Shown: positions 26,036 to 38,950, numbered from the whole stretch's first letter. The stretch is 51,964 bases of DNA, filler included, from Sphacelaria rigidula (GCA_964200075.2; 4 parts of 4 records of this genome joined end to end with filler, not necessarily neighbours in it); one strand, 5' to 3'. The notes: generated by a model not told the origin, from the sequence alone. Made by a program: numbers and translations.

Positions 26036-26222
26036 CGGGCTAACCCGAGACTACTGTACTTGACATTGGCCCGCCCTTGCGGTAGGTCACTCTTACCCCA
26101 TTGGGCAGCCCGATCTGTTCTCTCTTTCCTTCTCCTTTTTTTCTTCAGTTCAATTTCAGTTTTTTCTTCTCTTCTTTGTTTGTACTTTACTCCCCAGCGA
26201 GTGCCTACGATACGAATTTCGC

Positions 26223-27245
26223 TCATTCGTCCCCCGCTCTTACGTACGTTATGAAGGCCAGCGATTTCCACCTTCCCGCCCTCTGGATCTGCAGTTGTGA
26301 CGCCCCCTGCGGCGCTAGATGTGTTGCTCCCCCGATCCTACCAGAGTGCAGCGCGTACTCCGTCGGGTCCCTCCCCGTACTGGAAATTAGGTGCCTAAGT
26401 GCGCTCGTCGCGCGTGCCCGAATGACTGCTACCCATCCGGTCTTACCTACGGTCTGCATCAGTGGAGCTTCTGCCCCCAACTCTGGGTGGTAGTCAAGCA
26501 GCTCGAGTAGGAGCTCTAGCGCCCCTGTGTTTTCATATATTTCGGCATCCCGCGCGCTTCCCCCTACTCTAGTTCGAGATACCACCGCGCCTAGGCGTTT
26601 TTGGTCCGCCTTGGAGGCTCTAAAACGCACCTCGACCCTATCGGCCATGCCCCTGTCTAACCAGATCAGTTGGGAGTTTTCTCTGAAAAAGGTGAGGTCT
26701 CCCCTCCGAAGGCAAAAATATGGATGTACCGAACCATCGTTGTATGCCCAGATTTCGGAGGCTCTGCATAGAAGACAATACGATAGGGCTAGGCCTATCC
26801 ATGTGAGCCAGCTCTGTGTCGTACCCATCTCTAGCATTCTCCCTTCTACCAACAGCGATAGCGTCAGCGGTTTTCGCACGCGAGGCCTTACTTCGGATTT
26901 TCCGTGTGCTCGATCCACTCCCTTGAGCACGGCCGCTATCATACAGTGTTTTATGAGTAACTCCCAACCGGTATGCATCTTGTGGTAAAAGCTTATCGCT
27001 GACAAATACCTCCGCACTGTCCCCCTCTGGTTTTTGTGCGTAAAAAGCCGCCACGCAATAAGTTCAGTGATATCGATAACTGCGCTAGCCTCGCCGTCGG
27101 TTCTTGACATATATACGGGCTTTTCTCGGCGGGCCCTTCACTCCGACCACGTTTCGAACTTTTTCTCGTACCTGCTTCTTGTGCTGGCGTTAATTGACGC
27201 GTGAGCTAGTAGTTCTACTAGCTTCGCAACGCCCTGCTCGTCTCT
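26223..27245 (-). pseudogene. Tyrosine recombinase of the YR retrotransposon
   Basis: Catalytic set visible: LCRASE (R), RASKADQ (K), HSGRIGGAT (H-x-x-R), AGRW, AFITY. The frame extends upstream of Met 27110 past one TGA (27138-27140) into LAHASINASTRSRYEKKFETW. Confidence 0.92.
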
Positions 27246-27295
27246 GGCGGGGCCTCCGTTTTGTCTTGCAATAGTATCACGAGTTCAGCGCGGGT

Positions 27296-29250
27296 TCAGT
27301 CTGCTTGTCGGGACATTAGGTTCCAGATTTGTTCATCTAGGCTGTGGTCCAGGGGTCTTTCTTGCAGAATCAATTCGAGGATCTCTCTGCCTCGATTTCC
27401 TAGCTCTAGCCGTTTCCAATTGAGATTTCCTGTCAACCGTGCTACCCTCTCGGCCACCTCCGACTCCGCCATCTCGAGATGCCGTCTGCTAGCTCGTTTT
27501 CGACGCCAGGTATGTGTTTCGCTATAGTACACCACTCGGTGGCGACTTCCATGCGACCCATTATTCGCATCAGGAGGGCGGCGCGTCTGTCTTTTGATCC
27601 CCCGCATTTGTTTACCCAGTGTACAGCCGACGAGTTGTCGCCGCGCATCAGGATAGGGTGCCCTCTCTCTGTTGGCCTTTCGCCCTGGAACATTCGGATA
27701 GCGCAGGCGGTCATGAACATTCCACACAGTTCTAGTAGATTGATAGTGATCGCGCAGGTTTCTCTATTTTTACTTTTCTCTTCAGTTCGTATGTGAGCTC
27801 ATGGGGTAAAGAGTACCGCCAGAATAGCCCGAGCTCTGGGCAGTACCCGCCTACCCCGGCCAGGCTCGCGTGGGAGATGTATATACGAGATGCGGTGCGT
27901 TTTGTGTGGGCAAAGAGTGGAGCGCTAAGCGATTCACCGCGATGCACCAGGTTCTCCGCAACAGCCCATTTCCAAAGGGCAATGTCCTCGTGAAAATCCC
28001 AGCCAAGGTTCACTGTTCGTCTCACCTTACGTTTCTTTTTCGCGGCTACGTGTAGGTCGGTGAGACGTAGTAGTTACCATACGAAGAATTTCCCGGGTCT
28101 TACAACAAACGTGAGGTTCCAGAGTTTTCCCGCTATGCTCAGTACGTCTTGCGCGGTTGCGCTTGTCTTGTCGGCGGGCCAGTCGTGCTCCAGCGATTCT
28201 TTGATAGCTTCGACCTTTTCTCGAGTGACCGCTATCCGCATGGTGTGCGTGACGATCGTGAATCCCAACGCATCTACACTGGTGTCCCAGTCTGTACTTT
28301 TTTTAGGTGCAAGGGTGGGTATCTCACCCGGCTCTCCAAGACCAAAAAGTCTAATGTGATCTGAGACTAGCGAAGCTGACGCGGCTAGCGCCGATTTATC
28401 TTGCGCGCCGTGCTGTACCCTTGCTAGGATATAGTCGTCCACATACACGCTAACGAAAAAGGGGTCGTGCAGTCCCCCCTCGTTTGCTGGGGGAATAGCA
28501 GCGTCGGGCGGGACCTTTGTGAGCGTCCCTTCTTCCCAGGGCTCGACTATGGTCACGTGTTTCATCATCTCTCTACCTTCGTCGAGTATTACGGCGTCGA
28601 GTATTGTGGTATTGCAGTGTGCATGTTCAGCAGCCTGTGATAATAGTCCCCAGAGACCAGGGGACGCCGTCCATCAACGTGAGCCGAAAGTCTGCTACTA
28701 TAACGTCGTCTACCACGTAGCAGCAGGTTTGTGCCTGGTCGGGCGCGATCCTGACATTTCTGAATGCATTCGAGAGAAACATCCGCCTTTGAGAGTAGGG
28801 TTCTACTATCCGGAAACTTGACACGTAACCTCAGGAGTTCATTCAGTAGTTTTGGGAGTGCCTCTCCGCAGAGGCCTTGTGGCACCTCGTCCACAATCGT
28901 GTCCCGGTTAAGGACGCCTCTTTCTCCCTTTGGTTCGCTAGGGTCAAACGAAAAATCGTTGATAGTCCCGACTTTGCTAGTTACTACTTCCCCAAGGGGG
29001 GGCACTCTGAAGCCGCTGATTTCGAGCGCCGCCCCCTTTTCAAACACCAGGCATCTGTTCCTTCGTACATCCTCAATCAACTTTTCCAACTTTGCAACTT
29101 TTCCCAGACTTGAGGCATGTGCTCTTCGATACTGCGGTGATTACCGTATTTCAGTGCTCCTCGAAGATCGGGATCGCCAGACGATGTGTTCATTGGGACT
29201 CCGTACTCAATCATGTGCAGGAGTTCTCGTATCCGAGGGAAGTGTTTTTG
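27296..29250 (-). pseudogene. RT/RNase H of the YR retrotransposon (frameshifted)
   Basis: YGNHRS, INDFSF, SKADV..AFRNV, VYVDDYIL, ALGF, LSIAGKL; RNase H motifs (H/D)AS..GVGG, RGDNSSAV, HIPGVENELADGISR. Confidence 0.9.
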
Positions 29251-30575
29251 GTTTCCGAAATACTCGTGGACGTCTCTCAGGTTCATCGGGGGTGACACCA
29301 AAGTGCCGCCAAGCCCCTTTGCTACATCTCCGATTCTTCCGTGGTTGAGTCGGACGAGACTCGTGCAGGTGGCGACTAGGTCTGTGATGATGCGTTTCAT
29401 TTCTGTTAGGTCTATGTGTGTATTCGAGAGTTCTTGCTTTTGCTGTTTCCATCGGGTATTGAGGTTTTTGCTTGGGTGGTCTGTGTGTCCAGTTGGGCTT
29501 CGGTGGCGTGTGGTCCCAACTGGAGGTGATTTTTTCACCGACCCGAAATTTCGCATACCGACGATCTCCCTACTAGCGGTGTTGTCCTTTTTCTTTGCGG
29601 GCTTCTCACTCGTCAACGTGTGCGAGCCGTTGCCTGGGGCTACCTGTGTGTAACTATTGATCAATGGTGTTGTTTTAGTGCACCGGGTGCTGTTTTGAAC
29701 TCGTGCACGCTTTCCCCTCGTCAACATGGACGTGCCGTTGTCCAGGGTTCCCTCGGAACTGCCAGACAACGGGTCTTTTTCTGCATCTCTATGATCTTTT
29801 GCTCCCATTAAGTTACTGGTTATCGAGTTTGCACGCTTTGCGCTCGTCAACATGGACGTGCCGTTGTTCAAAGTTCCTTCGGAACTGCCGAACGCCGGGT
29901 CTTCTTCTGTACTGGGTGTGATTCGAATTTCACGGGGAGCATGAGTTCTGTTATTTTCTGATCTACCGACGTTCAGGGTTACCTGTGCGTAACTACCGAC
30001 CGCCGGATCTGCTTCTATACGTCTCCTGTCTGCGGGGATGTGCGCAGTGGTGTTGGCGTGGTGTCTGCGTGTACTACTTTTATTTTCGTTAGTCATGGAC
30101 GGGCGGATTACCTGATCTTGTTGCTGACATACCTGTGCGCGTTCGTGCTTTCCGTTGTACCTCAATGTCGACCGGTTACAGTGATCGTGCGGGCCGTTGT
30201 TCGCGTGTTTGTTGTTTTTCGTGTCATGGCGCGGGGCGGTGGTCTCATCGAGTATTTAATGCGTGTGAGCTCTACCGTCCAATCTAGTGTACCCTGCCGG
30301 CATTTGCTTGTTACAGTACGTCTTGGTGGGACTGGTCATGGAATGTTTTTTGTCGGTTGTGGGAAATGCGGAATGGGACTACGCAGTCTACCGCTGTGAC
30401 GTGCATTTGGGTTGTTACGCGCATTGGTACCTCTGCTCTCACCGTGAAAGAAGCTTGCCGCCACCGACCCCGGTTGGGGGGCCTGGGCGATACCCACCGA
30501 CCCCACTGAATCCGTGACCGGTGCTCCTCCTCCCCCCAGACTGGTAGGCCCCGCCGACTGGCGGAGCCCGCACCC

Positions 30576-32589
30576 TCAGGTGCCCAGACCAGCTCCGCCA
30601 TTTCCGCCGAAGCTGTGGGGAAAGCGCGCCACTGTACTCGCTGCGGCCGCCGGTGCCGCTGGTGCTGGTGGTTTTGCCGTCGCCGCCGTCGGGGCTGTTG
30701 GAGTTATCTGGAACGCCACTGGCGGCTGAAGGGGAGGGCCTCCGACGGCTTCATGCTTGCTGGTGTGGTCCGGGAGGCGGCAGCCGCGCCCCCGTGGGCA
30801 TGTGAGGCCCTGCCAAGCTCGTAAGTAGACGCCCGCCGGCGGGGTCCATGACACCAGTTCCGTGTTGAAATCGGTGTTCGGTGGCGTGAGGTGTTGCCAC
30901 TGAGGCGGGTACGACGGGGGTCGTCGAGCGACGCGTTTGACCGCGTTGCTCGTGCCCCCGTCGGGGAGTGCCTTTCGCATGACGGCTGTCTTGGGGGCGG
31001 GCTGCGCGGGTGAGCCTGCTACCGCGAGCCCGGGGTTTTGGCGACCGATGAGACTGCTGCGGTGGCCGTCGGCGGTTAACATCTTCACACAGGTGAACGA
31101 TGGCACCGGCGCCGCGGGGCCCTGCCCGTTGGCGGGTGGGGCGGCGGGAGACTCCATGCGTAGGTTCAGTCCTGCGTCCCTGCATTCTTTGAGCCACCCG
31201 TTGATGTCGTGGTTAAAGTCAGTGATTATGCGGGTTTTGAAGGCCGCCTCGTCTCTGTGTAGAGCGGCGTGATTTTACCCCGTATACGCGTCCAGCGCCG
31301 ACGCCATCCTCGTCAGCTCTCCTGTGATGAAGGCTCTCCTAATTGTCCACCGTCGTTGTCGGTGGTGCAGAAGTTGATGATGATGGTCAGCGCCTTGGTG
31401 AAGGTGGCGACGTGTACCTCAGCGCGAAAGTAGTTTTTTTTTAAGCCAGGCGGCACCGGGGAGTGGAAGTTGGTGACGTCTACGTCGGTCAACGTCTGGA
31501 GGTTGCTCAGCATGCCCCGGTTGGTGTCAGCCACGTCGCGGAGTTTTAGTTTCATGTTTGCATCAGACATGGGAATGAAAATGGAACCCCCCCCCCTGAG
31601 GATGTGGAAGAGTTCCTTGTTTTCGTCCGAGAGCCAGCTGTTGATCTCCCGCTTCTCCTGCATTTCTTCGGCTTTCTTCGTACTGGCGGGGGCGGTGTTG
31701 GCCGCTCCCATTGCATGCATGAGTTGTTGGATCTGTCCCCCTCCTCCGCCACTGAGAAGCTGAAGGAGTTGGTGGACCGGGGGTTGCGGCTGTGCTTGGT
31801 GGTATTGCTGTGGTTGATGTTGGTGGAGTTGTTGTACGTGGTGCTGATCCGGTTGCGGTAGCTTTTGTTGCTGTGGCGGCTGCGGCTGTTGGTGTTGGTG
31901 CTGCGGTTGTTGGTGCTGCTCGTGCTGCTGAGGTTGATGATGTTGGTGTTGGTGCTGCGGTTGATGGTGGTGCTGTGGCTGCGCCTGTTGGTGTTGGTGA
32001 TGCAGTAGTGGCCCTCCGATGGGTGGCGACAGTGGGACGTTGAGTGCAAGCAGCGGGGGCCCGTTTACTCTTCCCCCTGCCATGTACTGTTGCTGTGCGG
32101 CGCTCGCTGGCTGCCTGCTGGCCCCGCCTTGGACGGGCCCGCCTTGCGGTTGTGGTTGTCCGCACTGGAGAAGATATACCTGCTGTTGAAGGTTCGAGAT
32201 TGCTTGGCTCTGTTGCTGCTGTCCATGAAGGTTTTGCTGGTGTTGCTATTCCTTGTTGATGTTCGTTTTCGCCTGTGTCTGCAGGATTTGAGAATGTCTG
32301 ATGGCTGACTTGGGCCAGGTGGGGGTCCGAGTGGGGGTGGAGGGGGTGCAGGTGCGTCAGCGTTCGACTCGCCTGCACTACCCTGCGGGCGGGCGTGCTG
32401 GTTGATGGAGATCGGGCTGCTGTGCGTGCCTCCGGCTTGTGGTGCTGGGAGTCGGCCTGGTTCCCGTCCTTCGGTCCTTTCCTCTTTCGCTCCTGCCGTT
32501 GCTCGAGCTCCTGGTGTGCTGTGCTGGTGATGGCCTTGACTTTGCGAAGCTGCTGCTGCTGCTGCTCCCGATGCTGACGTGTCGTCCAT
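30576..32589 (-). pseudogene. Gag-like ORF1 of the YR element, with Q/H-rich tract and degenerate CCCH finger
   Basis: ATG at 32589. PolyQ/H tract at ~31780-32010. VYLRAWQGLTCPRGRGCRLPDH near 30765-30830. Confidence 0.6.
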
Positions 32590-35500
32590 TGTTAATATCG
32601 ATCAAGTGCCAGGGACTACTGTTCTTCTGAGACTGATCAACCGGTCTCGAGTGATACTGTCTGCTTCTTTGGTGCTCTTGCACCAGACCAATCTCGCCCG
32701 CTTGAACCAACTCTGCGGCGTTTGTGCCGTGGACACGCGATCCTTTATATCTTATTTAAACTTCGGCATACGCCAGAGTACATCCCTTATAATTCGTCAT
32801 TCGCCAACACAAACCTCGCATTCACACTGAATACACCCAAATGAGCCCAGAAGGTGTCACCGACCAAAAGCACGAACAGACCGGAGATATCGTTCATCCT
32901 TTGACTACGAGTACGCACGCCGCAAAATCCCTCAAAGTACTTGTGATCTGAGTAGGGTTTCCATTCCACGCTATATAAGTTTTCTTGTTCCGGAGGACGA
33001 ACCACGGCGTGGCTCGCCTACTCACCGGCGTGTATTCGTCCAAGCTACAACTGTATGGGTTGCTTTTACCTAAAATGTTACGGTGACCGAGAAAATCGAA
33101 AAAAACACGTTTTTTTCACTCAATTCGTTATAAAACTCGCATTCTGATGAAATAAGAAAATTCAACCTGTACAATTATAGCTGTCATCTTGGCGCAGATG
33201 ATGCAAAAAGTCGCATCCCAATCGATGGCGGTGGCGATGAGTATTCTTTGAAACAGATTTGGCTGTAATCGCAAAGACGCACCTCCAACCCTCGCCGGTC
33301 TCCACAAAACACTAAAACCTCACCCCTGTCTAATGGTCTCGGAATAGATGACACCCATGAATGACTCTTGATAGTGCAGATGGTTGATACATCGGGTATG
33401 TGGAATGTTGCAGAATTTGAACCTTCGACCGAGCCCCCAGAAGCAAGAATTATCTTCGTGCCTCGCAGCAGCGGAGAGAACAGATTGTAAAATTGGCCCT
33501 GACGAAGGCATACCGAGAACCATTGGGCAAGGTGGGTGCCACGTGTTTCGTTGGCAAAGGGTGCGTTATTGCCAGACCTCGAACCGGCGCTCCAGGCGCC
33601 GAATTAGACAAGAACGCGTTCTGGGACGCCAGGAGAATGCTAGGAGCACAGCCCCCATGAAAGGTCCAGATTTCGGTTTTCACACCAAGATCAATATTGA
33701 CCGACTCACGCTCCCGAATGGGAAGGGTATACGTACTGCGCCAAGACGACACAAAGTCATCGGCCCACTTTCGCTGAAGCCACATGGCACCGAAGCCCCA
33801 GCCTAAGACACGCATCTGTTGTATCGGCAATGGTGGGTGACGGACGACCGTTGTTTCATTCCCTCTTGCAAAACAACATGTTTGGAGTCCGATGAACCCC
33901 TACACCGCGAGGGTAGTCTATCTGGACCATGCATACTTTTTTCAAGTGAAAAATAATGCCCGTTCAGCATGTGACCAAACCGTCGCGGTCAAAGAGCTAA
34001 TTTATATCATATTCATCAAATGAAAAGTCATGCCCACGGAACAACAAATAGTGCACTTTGAAACGCGAGTCATTCGTCCGACAAAAGTTGTGGAATCATG
34101 GCAGCCGATAAATCAAGCTCCTCAAACCATGACGAAGTGATGGACCAACACCCGCCCAGCCCACAATACACACCCGGTGACTATTTGTACTCCACTCGTC
34201 TTGTGTAAGGGCCGTCCTTGTTGAAGTTCATCAGTACATATGACTTTGTCGCATGAGCACATCATGTTGACCCAACTTTGATCCGCCCCAAAATGGTTCA
34301 GCTTCCTGGTTTCACTTACCGGCGTTGGGCTACAAATGTTCATGGTTGATATTACTTGATTCGAGTGCGTACAAAGAGAATCGGAATTTTAGTAGGGCTG
34401 ACGGTCCCGTGTACTCCTCGGGTGCGCACAACGCGTTTTCGTTGAAATCTGCGCCACAGAAGCCGATTTGGGGTCTACCAAGGCCTCACTTTCTTCACGG
34501 AATGTATGTATCGCCCTTGCCCGGGTGTTCTCGGTGTGCGTTGGGTTGGTTCAACCCAATCAGCCTCCTTGCATGCCAGGGTATCGCAAGCGCGGACGAA
34601 AGGCGACGCAGTGGCATGTAGTATATGAGGAACAACGGAAATAACGGTAGGGTTCTGAGTTTAGACGGCAGTCCACTTTTTTTCGATATGGATCCATGCC
34701 GTTCTCTTCCGATGACGTAAGGCGCATTTTACTCCACGAGCCTGGATAAGCCCCAGAAGTCGGTTTGTTCGTGTCTGTTCGTGATATTGGTCGATGACAC
34801 TTTTTTTGCCCATTTTGGGGGTCAAGCGCGCCCATAACAGTAGTACTAGAGGCATGGCAATCAATCAAGCAGACCGACCTCTAGAAACGCGGTGACTCGA
34901 AGTAGCACTACCTTACCATACACTATGATTTAGCAAGCGCAAGAAGGTGTACGAATGGTCTTGCCGCATCTCACAGCTCGTGAGGAAACTGATACCAAAC
35001 CTTGTATAAGTGACTGCGCAGGGCTGAACGTTGGAAGTCTGAACATGACGCAGCCTTGCAGAACATAACGGTTTCTGACGAGCACACTGATACTCAATTT
35101 CCCAGACATTTCAAAGCCATCTAACCAGATACGGCAAAGGGAGAGGCCGGCTCAATTTTGATCCAATTGAAGGCGACGAGGTGTGATCATAACATATTTC
35201 AGCCAACGTTTCAACCACGCTCAGCGGCGGTACTCTGTGAGACACGGGGAATCCTATGTGGGTGTAAAAGCGATATCTCAAGGCGCCCCTTTTTGTGGAG
35301 TCGGCATTCATTCTATACTTGGGTGACGGATCATGCCACACTGAAATATCCGTATAGAGGATGTGGAGCGACAAGAGCAACTACCGTCGAATGAGTCGAT
35401 GGAGTTTCCAAGGTAGCAAGCGTGACGCAAGAGTACAAGACAGCGAGGGGGAAAATTGCCCACCGTGAAATGGATACCGACCCTCTAGCGAAAAATAAAA

Positions 35501-35859
35501 AGGGCAAGAAACGTGTGCGGTTTGCTAGCCAAGGCGTAGCTTTTTCTGTGAAGCCATGTAAGAAAGTACATGTGGAAGGAGTTACGGTTGCGAAGGCTGG
35601 TACACAGGAGCGAGTTGGGAATGAAACAGGTCAAGATAATATGTTCAGTAAGAGGCATCATCACCTGCGCATCGCCCCCCAAGCTGCTTTTGTAAGCAAG
35701 ACGTCTATACAAAACAATGAAAAGCGTAGATCAAAACTTTTGCCCCCAAGCTCGACAGAATTTGAGTCTTTGTTCATATTTTCGTTAGTCCGGTACCCTA
35801 GGAAACCAGCTACGTTGCGACCTGCATCAGCGAGGGTGCAGGTCCGCCAGAGTAAATGG

Positions 35860-36344
35860 AACGGAGGTTCCAGCCATAACCATTGATACTGCTTCAGACC
35901 TTCCAATCATCAGTTCGAAGTTCATCCGCTCACACCCCACTTTGAACGAAGAGGATATTCAATCAGTCCCACCACGTTCTCTTGATCTAAGAAGTGCTGA
36001 CGGTTCATCAATCACGATGAAATGATTTATTTGCTTTGACCTCACGCTAGGTGACATAACCATGCCCGTCGAAGCATTTGTCCTCAGGGATCTCGGTCCG
36101 GATCTCATGCTGATTGAGAACTCAGTGATGAGTGCATTCGGAGGGATCCTTGATTGGCAAGCAGAAACGTTGGCATTCCGTAGTTCAGCAGTAGTTCGTC
36201 TCACAGCTACTCACAGAAGAAAAGATAGAAAATTTCATTCGACGTTTTCGGGAAATGATTATTGTTTTGTCATACGGGTAGCATCGGCTGAAAAAGTACC
36301 GGTGTATCTCTCAAAGAGGTGCTCGGCCCCACGTCGAAGTGAGA
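35860..36344 (+). pseudogene. Retropepsin (Gypsy protease) remnant, cut by the LTR at 36345
   Basis: IDTASDLPII ... RSADGSSI ... FDLTLGDITMPVEAFVL..LMLIENSVMSAFGGILDW. Confidence 0.65.
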
Positions 36345-36626
36345 TGTATAGAGTCCTCCTGGACTGAGAACAAGATCACAAGATTGCTCCAAGGGCTTCC
36401 TCCCTCACTAGAGCTTGGAGACTTCAAGACAGTTGTTATTTATAAACACACAGCCTTCGTTATCGGAAGTAACCACATGCGTGAAGCATGTGATGTTCAA
36501 ACCCACCTAGTCTGCCGATCAGACCCGCAAGTCCGTCAACCAATAGAAAACGCCTACGGCAGATTGTTCCAATTGTATATCATCATGAACCTGCACGTAC
36601 GTGTACTGGAGGTGGACTGCTCTACA
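36345..36626 (-). repeat. 3' LTR of Gypsy-1 (282 bp)
   Basis: TGTATAGAG...CTCTACA termini; minus-strand ATTGG and TATAAAT boxes; G-rich PPT-like ggggttttgggcggtgg immediately 5' on the minus strand. Confidence 0.7.
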
Positions 36627-38882
36627 CCACCGCCCAAAACCCCGCACTACTCGAAGTAGAATGCGAGTTTGACAAACAGTAGACACCTACTATCACGTAT
36701 GCTACCTTTGTCCCCCCGGTAGTGACACACGACCTTGTACTGTCATGTTCCACAGAACTGATAACGTGCACAACCCTGAGCATCGGCATTCAAAGACAAC
36801 GTCTCAAGCGAACTCAGGGGAGTCAACCAGTCTCCAGCGGTAATTTCCGCGCATAGCGTTCTCTCAAAAACAAACCTGCCAAGTATAGTACCATCTCAAC
36901 CAGTAGCATTCGATACCATCATACTTGCAAAGCTTTATACCATACATGGCCTGCAAACGTGCTCGCACCTTTTACTTAGTCCCAACTTACGCAGCTCAGA
37001 TTTTACAAATTGCGGGGCTCCGTCCAAAATATTCCCCAGAGGCTCCCACGAGTTTTCATCTTGGTCAAATCCGACCCACTCCACTTGCACATAAAATCCA
37101 TCTCCTGCTTCGTCCTCAGATATACCGACAATAGCCGCCATCTCGAACTCGCCTCGTGCAAAAGCATACTGGAACACCTCCTTGACATCAGCCGTAATCT
37201 TCAGCTCCTTGTCCGCATAAAATCGAAGGCGGGCGACATGCATATCCTGTACCTCACCATTCACAATGTTCTGTACCCCGTATACATGTTGTTGTTCCGC
37301 CGTTACAATCCGCCAAGGCCCCGTCCACGTACTCACAAGTTTCGGCGTAGTTCCCGAACGCCTCACCCTCGCCGCCAGCACGTAATCGCCCACCACAAAG
37401 TTACGAAGCTTCCCCTTACTAGCCACACGTCTCTGTAGATCGCGATTCTTGTCGACACGCTGCGCCACCTTCTTGTGCAACTTTTGCTGAGCCTCAACGA
37501 TTGACGTCACCTGTCGCCTCAGAACGTCTTCGTCAAGCACATCGACGCTCCATTCGCACCCAGTTGACGATGCCAGAGTAGAGAAACTGGTGCGCGGTGC
37601 CCCAAACATAACATGGTGTGGCGGGCTAGCACAACGCTCTCAGAAAGCAGTGTTCAATGCCCACTACACTGCAGATACCAAAGTCATCCGTCCACGAACA
37701 TCACGCCTTTCCTCTTGCACCATTGCCTTCAAGGTACGAACAATCTCACGCATCATTCGCTCACAGGTACCATTAGACCACGGCGAGTTAGCAACCGCGA
37801 ATCGGCGATCCTTCTTCAGCGCTTCCTCAAGCGCTCTCATCACACGATTCTTGAAATACGATGCCGTATCGCTGACCCATACCTCTGGCGACCCCAGCGT
37901 TATGCACCATGTCAACAGATGTTTCACCGTCGTCGCCGCCGTACAAGACTCCGCGGGCTCCAACTACACGAAGTTGCTCAAATTGTCCATCATGATTATT
38001 ATATACTTGAACCCGTCTCCTTCGTCCAAGCCACTATATCCCAGGGGGCCACTCTCGCCAACATAGAGAAAATCAAAATGCAGCACCTCCCCTGGGCGGG
38101 TACCATGCACCGTTTCCCCGACGGGACGCGGGACCTTCTCCCCCGCCTTGGAATCCAAACAGTATAGGTACTGCTTCACAAACTCAGCCACATGAGTCTC
38201 CATCCGAAACCAACAACAATACTCTTGTAAGCGCTGTAAGGTTGCCACAATCCCTCGGTGACCAGCCCCTTTCATGTGAGCACATACCATCAAGCGTGTT
38301 TGTAGTTCTTTCGCATCCGGCGGGATCCACAGTACATCCCTCCTTACAACATCCACGCGAAACAAACCCTCAACGTCTTTGAAGACACGCCCAACAGCGG
38401 CAGTAAACGTCTCGGCCCCATCAACCATGCCGCCTTACCCCTCACGGGCTTGCTCTTGGGCTTCACGAACGACCTCTTTCGATGGTAGCGTCTCATCAGG
38501 CTCTCCACTTGCAAAAACAGCGATGGCTCTCACGGATACCGCTGGAACGTTCACCCACCGGCACAGTAGATCTCCCCAGCAGTTACGCCCACCAGAAATA
38601 TGCCTGATTGAATAAGCATGCTGCCTATGTACAGTCTTCCATTGTTCAAGACGCTGGGCAGCAGTTTTCGCCAGTGTGGTCACAGATGCTTCGGGATCAA
38701 AAATATAAGCGAGATTGCGATGGTCCGTAAATATGGTCACTCCTCGCCACAAAAGGTACTCCAACCTACGAAACGTACTCACGATGGCATATCCTTCCTT
38801 GTCCACCGTAGCCCACCGCAACTGCGCTCCTCGAAACGTCCCACTAAGAAATCCCAGGGGCTCATGACTCATGTCCTCCACT
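36627..38882 (-). mobile_element. Gypsy-1 internal 3' part: RNase H, integrase (HHCC, DDE), chromodomain
   Basis: EPLGFLSG, DKEGYAIV, FTDHRNL, AHMKGAGH..CLD, HFDF, VSDT, NGTCERM, WTGPW, VEWVGFDQDENSWEP. Interrupted at 38883 by element X. Confidence 0.93.
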
Positions 38883-38950
38883 AACAACAAATTGTGCGAA
38901 TTGAGGTTTAACTTTGAGATGAGGTTCAAGCCTAAAACAGTGCTTTCCCC
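38883..38950 (+). mobile_element. Terminus of repeat X (end A) inserted into Gypsy-1 RNase H
   Basis: Near-identical to the reverse complement of 1-55; abruptly replaces pol just upstream of VEDMSHEPL. Confidence 0.8.

Larger units (their letters stand above)
26036..32700 (-). mobile_element. DIRS-order (DIRS/Ngaro-like) tyrosine-recombinase retrotransposon, decayed
   Basis: Minus-strand order gag-like ORF1, RT, RNase H, YR with overlapping frames. Termini unresolved; the 3' end abuts the contig edge. Confidence 0.9.

Noticed and set aside
26223..27110. Phage or viral integrase, or Crypton
   Set aside because: Directly overlaps or follows DIRS-type RT/RNase H, so it belongs to a YR retrotransposon.
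33384..35886. Assorted 100-150 aa ORFs as host genes
   Set aside because: No recognisable domains or consistent splice structure; part may be decayed gag upstream of the protease remnant.
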